Shown one piece after another: positions 40,558 through 51,137 of a stretch of 64,000 nt of DNA; the stretch's first letter is position 1, and each line of letters begins with the position of its first letter. The notes under the pieces are model-generated. The model did no database searches. It saw only the letters and a program-made list of their open reading frames with translations, and was not told the origin of the DNA. The stretch spans positions 1,184,001 to 1,248,000 of the forward strand of contig CAWCKH010000004.1 in NCBI GenBank assembly GCA_963796055.1. The letters run 5' to 3'. Source of the stretch: an uncultured delta proteobacterium. GTDB lineage: Bacteria; Myxococcota; Myxococcia; Myxococcales; Myxococcaceae. Position numbers and translations under genes: made by a program.

Positions 40558-41694
40558 ATGACTCGACCCTCGAGCGCGGCAAGGGCCCTTCGCGAGGAGA
40601 TCGCCCCCGGCGTCGTCCGCGGCGACTGGTGGCATCGCCTCGACGATGGCCGCATCCAGTGCGATGTCTGCCCGCGCTTCTGCAAGCTCCACGAAGGTCA
40701 GAAGGCGTTCTGCTTCGTCCGTGAGGCCCGAGGCGGCGAGATCGTGCTCACCAGCTATGGGCGCGCGACCGGCTTCTGCATCGACCCCATCGAGAAGAAG
40801 CCGCTCAACCACTTCTACCCGGGCTCGAGCGTGCTGTCCTTCGGCACCGCGGGCTGCAATCTCGGTTGCCGCTTCTGCCAGAACTGGGACATCTCCAAGG
40901 CCCGCGAGGACCGCATCCTGTCCGCGAGAGCGTCGCCGAGCCGGGTCGCCGAGGCTGCGCTGGAGGCCGGCTGCAAGAGCCTCGCCTTCACCTACAACGA
41001 CCCGATCATCTTCGCCGAGTACGCGATCGACTGCGCCATCGAGGCGCACGCCCGCGGCATCAAGACGGTGGCGGTGTCGAGCGGCTACATGGCGCCGGAG
41101 TCCCGACGCGCCTTCTACGCTCACATGGACGCGGCGAACATCGATCTCAAGGCCTTCACCGAAAGCTTCTACCGTGGGCTCAGCTTCGCGCACCTCGAGC
41201 CGGTGCTCGACACACTGAAGTGGCTCCGACACCAGACCGAGGTCTGGCTCGAGGTCACGACGCTTCTGATCCCCGGCCGCAACGATTCCGAGGAGGAGGT
41301 GGAGAAGCTCTGCGCCTGGTTCGCCAGGGAGCTCGGACCGGAGGTGCCGCTCCACTTCACTGCCTTCCACCCCGACTTCATGATGCTGGACGTGCCGCCC
41401 ACGCCGGCGGCCACGCTGAGCCGGGCTCGCGAGCAGGGGAAGGCCGCGGGCCTGAAGCACGTGTACACGGGGAACGTCCGCGACGCCCGTGGCCAGTCGA
41501 CCTACTGCGCGGCCTGCGGCCACCAGATCATCGGCCGGGATGGTTACGAGATCCTCGACTGGCAGCTCGACGGAGAGGGCCGGTGCAACACATGTGGAGA
41601 GCGGCTCGCCGGCCACTTCGACCCCGAGCCGGGTCGCTGGGGGTCCAGACGAAGGCCGCTCATCCTCGCCGCCGACGATGCCCTCGAACCCTGA
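40558..41694 (+). CDS. amrS: AmmeMemoRadiSam system radical SAM enzyme
   Basis: CDVCPRFC, DPIEKKPLNHFYPG, GCNLGCRFCQNW. Confidence 0.95.
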   Translation: MTRPSSAARALREEIAPGVVRGDWWHRLDDGRIQCDVCPRFCKLHEGQKAFCFVREARGGEIVLTSYGRATGFCIDPIEKKPLNHFYPGSSVLSFGTAGCNLGCRFCQNWDISKAREDRILSARASPSRVAEAALEAGCKSLAFTYNDPIIFAEYAIDCAIEAHARGIKTVAVSSGYMAPESRRAFYAHMDAANIDLKAFTESFYRGLSFAHLEPVLDTLKWLRHQTEVWLEVTTLLIPGRNDSEEEVEKLCAWFARELGPEVPLHFTAFHPDFMMLDVPPTPAATLSRAREQGKAAGLKHVYTGNVRDARGQSTYCAACGHQIIGRDGYEILDWQLDGEGRCNTCGERLAGHFDPEPGRWGSRRRPLILAADDALEP

Positions 41695-42541
41695 GCGCAA
41701 GGTGCGGCGCCCGGCAGTCGCCGGGTCCTTCTATCCGGCACACGCCGAGGCGCTCCGGAGCGCGGTGGACCGGCTCGTGGAACAGGCGACTCCGCCACCC
41801 ATCCACGGCACGTTGCGGGCGTTGATCGCGCCGCATGCGGGATACGTCTACTCCGGGCCGGTCGCCGCCAGCGCCTATGCCGTGCTCGCCAGGACGTCTT
41901 CGCGCCCTCACCGGATCGTCCTTCTCGGCCCATCGCACTACCTCCCCTTCCATGGGCTGGCGCTCCCGGAAGCCGAGGCCCTCGAGACCCCGCTAGGAGT
42001 GGTGCCTGTCGATGCTCTCGCTGCATCGCTCCCCCAGCGCTTCTCTCAGGTGGTCCGGCTGGACCGCGCGCACCAGCGGGAACACTCGCTCGAGGTGCAG
42101 CTGCCCTTCCTCCAGTGCGTGCTCCCCGAGGGGTTCACCCTGGTGCCGATGGCGGTGGGGCGAGCCACGCCCGAGGAGGTCTCGGAGGTGGTCGAGCTCG
42201 CCTGGAGCCTGCCCGGCACGCTGGTGCTGGTGAGCACCGACCTGTCGCACTACCTGCCCGCCAACGAAGCTCGCCGGATGGACACCCGGACGTCCCAGCT
42301 CGTCGCCGCCGAGGACGTGGAGGCCCTGGATGCGGAGATGGCGTGCGGCTACCACCCGCTCGCAGGCCTGATGCACGCCGCGAGGCGGGCGGGGTTCTCC
42401 ATCGAGCTCCTCGACCTGCGCAACTCGTCCGACACCACGGGAGATCCCCACCAGGTGGTGGGCTACGGCGCGTTCGCCGTGGTCGAGAACCGGAGCGTCA
42501 GTCCTCGTACCGATCGTGATGGCGTACCCAGGCCTGGGTGA
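41678..42541 (+). CDS. amrB: AmmeMemoRadiSam system protein B (Memo-like)
   Basis: RRPAVAGSFYP, PHAGYVYSG, EHSLEVQLPFLQ, STDLSHY. Confidence 0.95.
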   Translation: MPSNPERKVRRPAVAGSFYPAHAEALRSAVDRLVEQATPPPIHGTLRALIAPHAGYVYSGPVAASAYAVLARTSSRPHRIVLLGPSHYLPFHGLALPEAEALETPLGVVPVDALAASLPQRFSQVVRLDRAHQREHSLEVQLPFLQCVLPEGFTLVPMAVGRATPEEVSEVVELAWSLPGTLVLVSTDLSHYLPANEARRMDTRTSQLVAAEDVEALDAEMACGYHPLAGLMHAARRAGFSIELLDLRNSSDTTGDPHQVVGYGAFAVVENRSVSPRTDRDGVPRPG

Positions 42542-42589
42542 AGTCGAGGACGTCCTCGTCGCGACCCTTCGGAACCAGGTCCAGGTAGA

Positions 42590-42958
42590 ATCGGCCTGGC
42601 GGCGGAGCTCGAGCCACGACCCGGTGGGCTGTTCCGGGTCGACATGAATCGGCGGACCGTCGTGCGGGGACAGTACGTGACGGTGGACCCGCCGCGGCGA
42701 GTGGTCTTCACCTGGGGACACGAGGACGGGACGGTGCTTCCCGCCGGTTCGAGCACCGTGGAGATCGTGCTGACCCCTGATCAGGGCGGAACCCGGGTCC
42801 AGCTCCGTCACTCGAACCTCCCCGAGTCCGAGCAACCAGCCCACCGGTTCGGCTGGGGGCACTACCTCGCTCGCCTCAAGACGCGGGTGGAGGGTGGTGA
42901 TCCTGGTCCGGATCCCTACGCAGTCCCGGATGCCGTCCACGGTTCCGGCCGCGTCTGA
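42590..42958 (+). pseudogene. SRPBCC/AHSA1 protein lacking its N-terminus
   Basis: AELEPRPGGLFRVDM, VFTWG, STVEI, GWGHYL; in-frame TAG just upstream. Confidence 0.6.
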
Positions 42959-43000
42959 TCCCCGGCAGGCCGACTGGACCGAGGCCCCGACCTTCGATTC

Positions 43001-43447
43001 CTACCGGGGCAGGCTCGAGTCCTCGGCTGGCCGTCTCTGCACGCCGAGCAGCAGCGCCACCGCATGGCCAGAAGCGAGCACGGCCTGACGGGATAACCCC
43101 ACCCGGGGATCCATCGACTGAACGGGGACGCTGCAGATCCACGCCTCGCCGTCGAAGCCGAGTCCACGGGCGAGCTGTACCACCCGGGTCGGTGTGACGC
43201 CGTGGAGAGGATCGCTGGCCTCCATGGCCACGGGCTGGAGGGTCACCTCCCGCGCCTTGACGTCCGCGTCGACGAAGACCACAGCCTCGTACCCGGGCAG
43301 CTCGACGGCGAACTCCGGGAGCAGGGCGGGCGCGGTCCTCAGCTCCAGCCACCCGACCCGGGCAGCGCGGAGCAGGTCGATGACGAAGGGACCGACCCCG
43401 TCGTCACCTCGCAGCGTGTTTCCGATGCCGACGACCATCGTGCTCAC
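43001..43447 (-). CDS. hoxW: Hydrogenase maturation protease
   Basis: [20 protein letters not shown] motif; follows hoxH. Confidence 0.88.
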   Translation of the reverse strand: MSTMVVGIGNTLRGDDGVGPFVIDLLRAARVGWLELRTAPALLPEFAVELPGYEAVVFVDADVKAREVTLQPVAMEASDPLHGVTPTRVVQLARGLGFDGEAWICSVPVQSMDPRVGLSRQAVLASGHAVALLLGVQRRPAEDSSLPR

Positions 43448-43450
43448 GAC

Positions 43451-44876
43451 TCACCTCTCCTTCCTGGCCAGCAGCTCGCCCCCAGGCCCCCGCACCTCGA
43501 CCACCATCGCCATCTGCCCGAGCGCGTGGGTGGAGCACGACAGGCACGGGTCGAAGCAGCGGATGGCCGCCTCGACGCGGTTGAGCATGCCCTCGGTCAG
43601 CGCCTCGGGGTTCACGAAGCGCGCCGCGGCCTGCTTCACCGCCTGCTGCATCGGCCCGGCGTTCTGCTGGGTGGCGATGAGGAGGTTGGCCTTCTTCACC
43701 TGCCCCCCGAGGTCCACCTCGTAATCGTGGAACAGAGTGCCGCGGGGCGCCTCGCAGCAGCCCACTCCGGTGGTGTGGTTGGGGCGGGCCCAGCTCCGGA
43801 TCCGCGTCCACTGCAGCTCGGGCTCGGCGAGGGCCTGCTCGATGCGCTCCACGCAGTGGAGCATCTCGATGAGCCGCGCGTAGTGGTAGTGGAACGACTG
43901 CGACACCACGCCCTGCTTGCCGAGCCAGCGAAAGTTGACCAGCTCCGCGTCCGCCTTCGGCGTACCGGTGGCCTTCACCACGTTCAGGCGGGCCAGCGGC
44001 CCCACCCGGTACATCCCCTTCTGCTCGCCGAGCGGGGTGTAGAAGGTCGGCTTGACGTAGGTGTAGGGCTCCGAGACCTCGCTCAGGTAGCCCCGGTACT
44101 GCCGCGGGTCGAGGCCTTCGGCCACCACGGCTCCGACGGAGTCCACCAGCCTCAGCGTGCCGTCGTAGAACTCGAGATTTCCGTCCTCGTCCACCAGGCC
44201 CAGGAAGAGGGAGGGGAAGTCGCCCAGACCGGCGATCTCCGCGCGGAGCGGCTCGAAGGTGCGCTTCAGCCGGTCGAGCGCGAGGCGCATCGACTCGTAG
44301 AGCTCGGGGATCCACGGCAGCAGCTCGTCCACCGCGCTCCGGGTGACGCCGCTGGTCACCCCACCGGGCACTGACCAGCCGGGGTGGACCTTGCGCCCGC
44401 CCACCAGCTCGATGGTGCGCTGCCCGAACTGGCGGAGCCGGATGCCCCGGCGGACGAAGTCGGTGTCGCTGCTCGCCATGGCGAAGAGGTTCCGTCGCGC
44501 CGGCTCGGCATCCATCCCTACCAGGAGATCCGGGCTGGAGAGGTGGAAGAATGACAGCGCGTGCGACTGCAGCACCTGGGCCCAGGAGGCGAGTCGCCGC
44601 TGCTTCACCGCCGCCACCGGCACGTCGACGCCGAGGATGCGGTCGCCGGCCTTCGAGGAGGCCAGCGCGTGCGACACCGGGCAGATGCCGCAGACCCGGG
44701 CCATCAGTCCCGGCATCTCCTCCAGCGGCCGGCCCTCGCAGAATCTTCTCGAAGCCGCGGAACTCGACGATGTGAAAGCGCGCGTCGGTCACCTTCCCCG
44801 AGCCGTCCACGTCGAGGGAGATCTTCGCGTGGCCCTCGATGCGGGTGACCGGGTCGATCAGGATCGTCTTCGCCAT
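43451..44876 (-). CDS. hoxH: Bidirectional [NiFe]-hydrogenase large subunit (group 3d); extra base near 44744
   Basis: [19 protein letters not shown] (L1), DPCLSCSTH (L2). Confidence 0.93.
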
Positions 44877-44880
44877 CGCC

Positions 44881-45417
44881 TCACCCGAACCTTCGCTCCA
44901 GCCGGGGGACCCGACCCTCGAGGAGCGCGGTGATCGCCTCCCAGATCCGGTCCGCGCTCGGCGGGCATCCCTGGAGCCAGAGGTCCACCTTCACCACCTG
45001 GTGCAGAGGCTTCACCTTGGGGAGCAGCCTCGGCACACCCGCGTCGCCGGACGGCACGCCGTGCACCACCGCCGACGTCTCGCGGTAAGCCCGGTCGAGC
45101 ACCTCCTGGACGGGCCAGACGTTGCGCATCGCCGACACGTTGCCCGTGACCGCACAGTCGCCGAAGGCCACCAGCACCTTCGACCGCTGACGGACGAGGG
45201 AGAGCATGTCCACGTGCTCCTCGTTCACCACCGCGCCCTCCACCAGCGTCACGTCCACGTAGGGGAAGTCCCTGGTCTTGGTGTCGACCAGCGGCGAGGC
45301 GAGGAGGTCCACCTTCCCCGCGAGCTCGATCAGCCGCTCGTCGAGATCCAGGAAGGACATGTGGCATCCCGAGCAGCCGCCGAGCCATACCGTGGCCAGC
45401 TTGACCTTGCCGCTCAC
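44881..45417 (-). CDS. hoxY: Hydrogenase small subunit
   Basis: [24 protein letters not shown]. Confidence 0.93.
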   Translation of the reverse strand: MSGKVKLATVWLGGCSGCHMSFLDLDERLIELAGKVDLLASPLVDTKTRDFPYVDVTLVEGAVVNEEHVDMLSLVRQRSKVLVAFGDCAVTGNVSAMRNVWPVQEVLDRAYRETSAVVHGVPSGDAGVPRLLPKVKPLHQVVKVDLWLQGCPPSADRIWEAITALLEGRVPRLERRFG

Positions 45418-46133
45418 GGCACACCCCACTGCTTCCGCTCGCGCCCGTAGACGATGTACTTGAGAAATCGGCGGTCCTTGGTCATCTGGCCCACGCCCGC
45501 ACCCTTCACGAACAGCGCGCCGGTCGGGCAGACCTGGACGCACTTGCCACAATCGGTGCAGGCCTCCGAGTCGCCCCAGGGGGCGGCGAGGTCCGCGACC
45601 AGGTGGAGCTTCTCTCCGCGCCCCGCCATGTCCCAGACGTGCGCGCCCTCCACCTCGTCGCAGGTGCGGACGCAGCGGGTGCAGCTGATGCAGCGGTTCA
45701 GGTCCAGTCCGTAGCGCTCGTGCGAGAGGTCCACCGGGCGCGCCGGGTTCCGATAGACGACGCGGACGTGGTCCACCCCGAGCTCGGCGGCCATCTGCTG
45801 CAGCTCGCAGTGCCCGTTGGAGACGCAGACCGCGCAGACGTGGTTCCCCTCGGCGAAGAGCAGCTCCAGCAGCAGCTTGCGGTACTCGCGCAGCTGGGGC
45901 GTGTCGGTGTGGACGACCATCCCCTCCTCGACCTCGGTCATGCACGCGGCCTGCAGCCGCGCCCGCCCCTCCACCTCGACCAGGCAGAGTCGGCAGGCGC
46001 CCACGTCGGTGACTCCGCCGAGGTGGCAGAGCCGGGGAATCTTGATCTCGTTGTGCCAGGCGACCGTGAAGATGCTCTGACCGGCCACCCCGGTGAGCAT
46101 CCGCCCGTCGACGGTGAGCGTCTTGACGGTCAT
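45414..46133 (-). CDS. hoxU: Diaphorase Fe-S subunit
   Basis: [37 protein letters not shown]. Confidence 0.93.
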   Translation of the reverse strand: MTVKTLTVDGRMLTGVAGQSIFTVAWHNEIKIPRLCHLGGVTDVGACRLCLVEVEGRARLQAACMTEVEEGMVVHTDTPQLREYRKLLLELLFAEGNHVCAVCVSNGHCELQQMAAELGVDHVRVVYRNPARPVDLSHERYGLDLNRCISCTRCVRTCDEVEGAHVWDMAGRGEKLHLVADLAAPWGDSEACTDCGKCVQVCPTGALFVKGAGVGQMTKDRRFLKYIVYGRERKQWGVP

Positions 46134-47740
46134 GGCCCCGGGCGCTCCTTCCTCATCCGGGCGGCGAACTCCTGGGGGAAGTACTTCAGGGCCGTCATCA
46201 CTGGATTCGGTGCGCTCTGACCGAGGCCGCAGAGGCTGGTGTTGCGGAGCAGATCGGCCAGCGCCTTCAAGAGGCCCAGGTCCTCCTCGGTCGCCTCGCC
46301 GTCGCAGAACTTCTGCAACAAGAGATGCATCTGCACCGTGCCGGCCCGGCAGGGGACGCACTTGCCGCACGACTCGTCCCGGCAAAACTCCATGAAGTAG
46401 CGGGCCACGTCGACCATCGAGGTGCCCTCGTCCATGACGATCAGCCCACCCGAGCCCATCATCGAGCCCATCGCCACCAGCGACTCGTAGTCGACGGGAA
46501 CGTCCAGTAGCTGCTCCGGCACGCACCCGCCCGAGGGGCCGCCGGTCTGGATGGCCTTCACCTTGCCGCCGCCGGCGATGCCGCCCGCCATCTCCACGAT
46601 CCGCCGCACCGGCGTCCCCATCGCCACCTCGATGAGGCCGGTGAGCTCGGTCTTCCCGGCGACCGCGAACACCTTGGTGCCCTTCGACTTCTCGGTCCCG
46701 ATGCTGGAGAACCACTCGCCGCCTCGATTGATGATCGGGGCGACGTTGGCGAAGGTCTCGACGTTGTTGATCAGCGTGGGCTTTCCCCACAGCCCCTTCT
46801 CCGGCGGGTAGGGCGGCCGGGGGCGAGGCTCGCCGCGCTTGCCCTCGATGCTGGCGATGAGCGCCGTCTCCTCCCCGCAGACGAAGGCCCCGGCGCCGAT
46901 CCGGATCTGCACCGAGAAGTCGAAGGTGGTGTCGAGGATGCGCGCGCCGAGCAGCCCCTCCTTCTCCGCCTGCTTGATCGCGGTCTGCAGCCGGCTGATG
47001 GCCAGGCCGTACTCGCCCCGGACGTAGATGTAGCCGTGCCGCGCGCCCACGCCGTAGGCGGCGATGGCCATGCCCTCCAGCACCCGGTGCGGGTCGCCCT
47101 CGAGGACGCTGCGGTCCATGAACGCGCCCGGATCCCCCTCGTCGGCGTTGCAGACCACGTACTTCACGTCGTTCTGCTGCTTGGCGACCAGCTGCCACTT
47201 CACCCCGGTGGGGTAGCCCGCGCCGCCGCGCCCGCGCAGCCCGGAGCGCGTCACCTCGGCCACCACCTCGGCGGGCTTCATCTGGGTCAGCGCCTTGGCC
47301 AGTGCCGCGTAGCCACCGGCGGCGACATACGAGTCGATGCGCTCGGGGTCCACCCTGCCCGCGTTCTCCAGGACGATCCGGAGCTGGCCGGCGAAGAAGG
47401 GGTGCGTCTCGAAGCTCACCTTCCGCGCCTGCAGCGAAGCGGACGGGGTTCCGTCGACCAGCGCAGGCGCGTCGTCGCCGGCCACCTGGAGGAAGAGCGC
47501 GCCGTCGCTCTCCCGTCTCACCAGCGGGCCCTTGCTGCACAGGCCCATGCAGCCGGTCCCACAGACCTCGACCGACTGACCTGCGGCCTTGGCGCGAGCC
47601 TGCATGCCGGCCTCGAGTTGATCGCTTCCGATGGCCTGGCAGCTGGCGGCGGTGCAGACGTGGAGCCGTTCGCGGAACTTCGCGATGCGCTCCCGCTCGG
47701 CGTCGGCGCGGTCCAGAAGATCGTCGGGGTTCATGCCCAT
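46130..47740 (-). CDS. hoxF: Diaphorase flavin subunit (NuoF-like)
   Basis: GRGGAGYPTG, CNADEGDPG, GAFVCGEETA, CGKCVPC. Confidence 0.94.
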   Translation of the reverse strand: MGMNPDDLLDRADAERERIAKFRERLHVCTAASCQAIGSDQLEAGMQARAKAAGQSVEVCGTGCMGLCSKGPLVRRESDGALFLQVAGDDAPALVDGTPSASLQARKVSFETHPFFAGQLRIVLENAGRVDPERIDSYVAAGGYAALAKALTQMKPAEVVAEVTRSGLRGRGGAGYPTGVKWQLVAKQQNDVKYVVCNADEGDPGAFMDRSVLEGDPHRVLEGMAIAAYGVGARHGYIYVRGEYGLAISRLQTAIKQAEKEGLLGARILDTTFDFSVQIRIGAGAFVCGEETALIASIEGKRGEPRPRPPYPPEKGLWGKPTLINNVETFANVAPIINRGGEWFSSIGTEKSKGTKVFAVAGKTELTGLIEVAMGTPVRRIVEMAGGIAGGGKVKAIQTGGPSGGCVPEQLLDVPVDYESLVAMGSMMGSGGLIVMDEGTSMVDVARYFMEFCRDESCGKCVPCRAGTVQMHLLLQKFCDGEATEEDLGLLKALADLLRNTSLCGLGQSAPNPVMTALKYFPQEFAARMRKERPGP

Positions 47741-47741
47741 C

Positions 47742-48224
47742 TCAGGCCCCCACCTCGTCCAGCTGCTTCTCCAGCGCTGCCACGGAGAGCTTGGGAAGGA
47801 TGCGCCCGTCGAGCACAACCAACGGCGCGAGCCCGCAGGAACCGATGCACCGCGCCTGCTGGATGCCGAGCTTCTCCGGCTGGCCCCGCGCAGCGACCGC
47901 CTGGCAGCGCTTCCGGGCCGCATCGAGCAGCGACTTGGACCCGGCGACGTAGCAGGCCGTACCGGTGCAGACGAGCGCAGTGTGCTCGGCCTTCGGCTGG
48001 AGCGAGAAGAAGTTGTAGAAGGTCGCCACCCCGAGCACGCGGGACGGCGGCAGCTTGAGCTTCCGCGCCACCTCGCGGAGCCGGTCCATGGAGAGGAAAC
48101 CGAAGAGCTCCTGCGCGGTGTGCAGCACCTCGATGAGCGCGTCCGCGGCGTAGCCCTGGCGCGACATCGCGCGCTCGAAGAGCTTGCTCCGGTTGTCCTT
48201 CACGGCCTGAGCCGTGTCCGCCAT
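47742..48224 (-). CDS. hoxE: NuoE-like 2Fe-2S subunit
   Basis: GVATFY, VCTGTACY, RCIGSCGLAP. Confidence 0.92.
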   Translation of the reverse strand: MADTAQAVKDNRSKLFERAMSRQGYAADALIEVLHTAQELFGFLSMDRLREVARKLKLPPSRVLGVATFYNFFSLQPKAEHTALVCTGTACYVAGSKSLLDAARKRCQAVAARGQPEKLGIQQARCIGSCGLAPLVVLDGRILPKLSVAALEKQLDEVGA

Positions 48225-48256
48225 GTGTCTAGTCTCCCGGGCTGCGACCCCATTCA

Positions 48257-48272
48257 TTCAAGGGGCGTGCCG
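48257..48272 (-). promoter_or_regulatory. Putative sigma54-type promoter of the hox operon
   Basis: CGGCACGCCCCTTGAA (GA rather than GC at -12). Confidence 0.4.
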
Positions 48273-48417
48273 GGGCGCGTCAGCCGGAGATCGGCCGCGC
48301 CGGGACATCCGGACGCGCAGAATCCGCGCGCGGGGGCCAGGTCGCTCCCCGGCACGCGGACAGCTCGGCGCAGCTTTCGTGCTCGCCCGGCCGCCTAGGA
48401 GACCTCGGCCCGGGGGC

Positions 48418-49083
48418 TCACGGCGCCACGCCTCGCGACGCCGCGCGCAGCCGGACGATCATCGTGTCCAGCGCTGCCTCGGCGGCGGCCCGCTCCTCGA
48501 GGTACTGAGTGCGGAGTGCCCGCAGCTCCTCGATGAACGCCTCGGGCCGGACCCGCGCCCGCGTCGTGCGGAGCCGGGATTCGGCAAGACGAGCCATCAT
48601 CTCGGTCCGCCGGGTCTCGAGCTGCTGGACAGCCAGCGCCGCCGCCAGCGCCTTTCGGTGACTGCCGTAGACGATGGCAGCCAGGCCGATGCGCCAGGAG
48701 ACGTCCAGGAAAGCGATGAAGGAGCGCACAGCGGCGGACTCGCTCCACCCGTGGAACGGCGCGTGGAGCCCCCATGCGTGACTCAACGCCACGGTCGCGG
48801 TCGCCACGGCCGCCGATCCGAGGAGGACGACGGCCGCGTAGGTCCAGGCCCGATGTCCCCACCTTGCCGATGCCTTCTCCGCGAGGAGAAAGCCAGGAAC
48901 GAAGCAGACCGCCGCCAGGAACCACAGCAGCGTAAACCCTCCGAGCTTGATGGGAATCTTGGCGAGGGGAACATGCGGTGGCACGTAGGTCAGGAGGACA
49001 GCCAGGAACAACGCTCCCGCCATCACCAGCAGCGAGCGGAACGCGCCAGGAGTTGCAAGCGCGCCTGGGCGGGCCCCCGTCAC
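48418..49083 (-). CDS. Membrane protein with a degenerate LytS-type dimerisation helix (paralog 1)
   Basis: 4 TM segments then RLRTTRARVRPEAFIEEL; GTGA overlap with the kinase stop. Confidence 0.75.
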   Translation of the reverse strand: MTGARPGALATPGAFRSLLVMAGALFLAVLLTYVPPHVPLAKIPIKLGGFTLLWFLAAVCFVPGFLLAEKASARWGHRAWTYAAVVLLGSAAVATATVALSHAWGLHAPFHGWSESAAVRSFIAFLDVSWRIGLAAIVYGSHRKALAAALAVQQLETRRTEMMARLAESRLRTTRARVRPEAFIEELRALRTQYLEERAAAEAALDTMIVRLRAASRGVAP

Positions 49084-50126
49084 GCGGCAAGCCTGGGCGT
49101 AAGAGGTAGACGGAGCGCGGCCCGGATACCTCGTGGCTCGTTCAGGCACAGGGTCAGCCTTGCCGCGTCGCCATAGCGGAGCGCCAGCCTGGAACGAACA
49201 TTGGCCAGCCCCGTGCCGCCGCCGCTCCCGGGGGCCATGCCCGCGCCGGTATCGGCGACCGTGACCATCAGGGCAGGACCCGAGGCCTCGGCCCAGAGCT
49301 GGATGGTGCCACCCTCGAGCGAGGGGGCGAGCCCGTGCTTGATCGCGTTCTCGACCAGGGTGAGGAGCACCATGGAAGGGAGCTCGCATCGAAGGAGCTC
49401 CTCGGGGAACGAGATCTCGAAGCGGAGCCGCGGGCCGAACCGAGGCCGATGCAGCCGGAGGTACGCGCTCAGGAGCGCACGCTCCTGCTCCAGCGTGGTG
49501 CTCTCCGACCGGAGGCTGGGGAGTGACGTCTCGAGGTACTCGATGAGGTCCGTGAGCATCTCCAAGCCTGCCGCCGGGTCATTGCGTTGCAGCTGACGGA
49601 CGTTGGCCAGCGTGTTGAAGAGGAAGTGTGGCTCGATCTGGGCCTCGAGCAGACGTGCACGGGCCTCCTGTAGCTCGACCTCGAGGCGGGCGTTGCCCTG
49701 CCGCGCCTCGTGCTCACGCGCCCCGGCACGGACAGCGCGACCATGGAGTTCCACCGCACCGGCCACCAGCGCGAACTTCAGCGAGATGGCGAGCGAACCG
49801 TGGATTGCGGTCCTCCAGTCGAGCGACACGTGGGTGAAGTAGAACGGGAGGCTGAGAGCGGCGGCGGCCGCGGAGTACAGCGCGAGACGAGGAAGTGACA
49901 GCGCTCGCCCGGCCACCATCCGCCGGCGCACCAGCAGGACGAGGACCAGCATGGGCAGGAATCCCAGGACGTCGAGTACGAAATAAACGGCCGCCGCGCT
50001 GAGCGAGAGCTGCCCCGCCAGGAAGTCCGGCGTGAGGTCGATCGCGCTGTCGAGCGCGGAAAAACCCAGGAGCAGCGCGACGTCGAGGCGCGTGGCCGAG
50101 GACGCGAATCTCCAGATGCGGCCCAT
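49080..50126 (-). CDS. LytS/YehU-type sensor histidine kinase (paralog 1)
   Basis: AQIEPHFLFNTL, LVENAIKHG, DTGAG, GTGLAN. Confidence 0.93.
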   Translation of the reverse strand: MGRIWRFASSATRLDVALLLGFSALDSAIDLTPDFLAGQLSLSAAAVYFVLDVLGFLPMLVLVLLVRRRMVAGRALSLPRLALYSAAAAALSLPFYFTHVSLDWRTAIHGSLAISLKFALVAGAVELHGRAVRAGAREHEARQGNARLEVELQEARARLLEAQIEPHFLFNTLANVRQLQRNDPAAGLEMLTDLIEYLETSLPSLRSESTTLEQERALLSAYLRLHRPRFGPRLRFEISFPEELLRCELPSMVLLTLVENAIKHGLAPSLEGGTIQLWAEASGPALMVTVADTGAGMAPGSGGGTGLANVRSRLALRYGDAARLTLCLNEPRGIRAALRLPLTPRLAA

Positions 50127-50390
50127 TGCGAACCCCTGCGCCGTCCGATGACGGTCAGACTCTACCGCTTCGAACCATCGACGGGATGCGGCAACCGGGG
50201 CGCCGGACCCGGAGGGTGGATTCGCCCCCCACCTCGTCCATCAGGCCGGAGGAGGGGTTCGTCGGCCCGGAGCGGCTTCAGGTCGGGTCAGCCTCCAGGT
50301 CACCCGCGGAGGGGAGTACGCGTTCGACGGGGTGCCGCGAGCAGCCCTTCCGGAGGCGAAGAGCAGCTCCCCGTCCCTGCTGCCCGGCGC

Positions 50391-51137
50391 TCAGAGATGC
50401 CGGAACCGGTGGGCGTACGCCTGGCTCACGGGGATACGTTCCGGATGCTCCCGCAGGACAATCTCCGTTGTTCCGCCCGCGACCTTCCGCACCGCGAGGA
50501 TGGCGCGGAGGTTCACCACGTAGCTCCGGTGCACGCGCCAGAACGCGTCGGGGTCCAGCTCCTCCAGCAGCTGCTTCAGCGGGCGGGAGACGAGGTGCTC
50601 GCGCTCGCGGGTGACCGCGGCCGTGTACTTGTGGTCCGAGCGGAAGAAGAGGACCTCGTCGGTGGTCACGAACCGGAGCTCGCGGCCTTCCAGCACGCTG
50701 ATCCAACGGAGCCGCCGGCGGCCTTCCAGCGCCTTCCGCAGCTCTGCCAGTAGTGGCTCGAGCACCGCCGGAGTCTCCCCAATCCGCGCCTGGAGCCGCG
50801 CGACCGTCCGGCGAAGGCGCTCGACCGAGAGCGGCTTCACCAGGAAGTCGATCGCCCCTTCCTCGAACGCCGGGACCGCGTGCTCGTCGTAGGCAGTGAT
50901 GAACACCACGTGACTCCGACCACTGGCGCGACGCGCGACCTCCAGCCCATCCATTCCGGGCATCGCCACGTCGAGGAAGAGGACGTCCGGGTGTTGCTCG
51001 TCGACCACCCGCGCGGCCTCGAGCCCATCATCGACCTCGGCGCAGATGTCCAGCTCGGGCCAGAGCCGCTCCAGCGCCTGGCGAACCTCTGCCCGGAGCG
51101 CGGGCTCATCCTCGGCGATGAGCGCGCGTGGCCTCAT
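50391..51137 (-). CDS. LytTR-family response regulator
   Basis: IAEDE, FLDVAMPG, TAYD, KP, FWRVHRSYVVN. Confidence 0.94.
   Translation of the reverse strand: MRPRALIAEDEPALRAEVRQALERLWPELDICAEVDDGLEAARVVDEQHPDVLFLDVAMPGMDGLEVARRASGRSHVVFITAYDEHAVPAFEEGAIDFLVKPLSVERLRRTVARLQARIGETPAVLEPLLAELRKALEGRRRLRWISVLEGRELRFVTTDEVLFFRSDHKYTAAVTREREHLVSRPLKQLLEELDPDAFWRVHRSYVVNLRAILAVRKVAGGTTEIVLREHPERIPVSQAYAHRFRHL

Noticed and set aside
44730..44760. Programmed frameshifting in hoxH and other split genes
   Set aside because: No slippery heptamer; single-base indels are better explained by sequencing error or decay.
50127..50390. LytTR binding repeats upstream of the kinases (TTCGTCGG here and near 52966)
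   Set aside because: Only a short match, with no convincing regularly spaced direct repeat.
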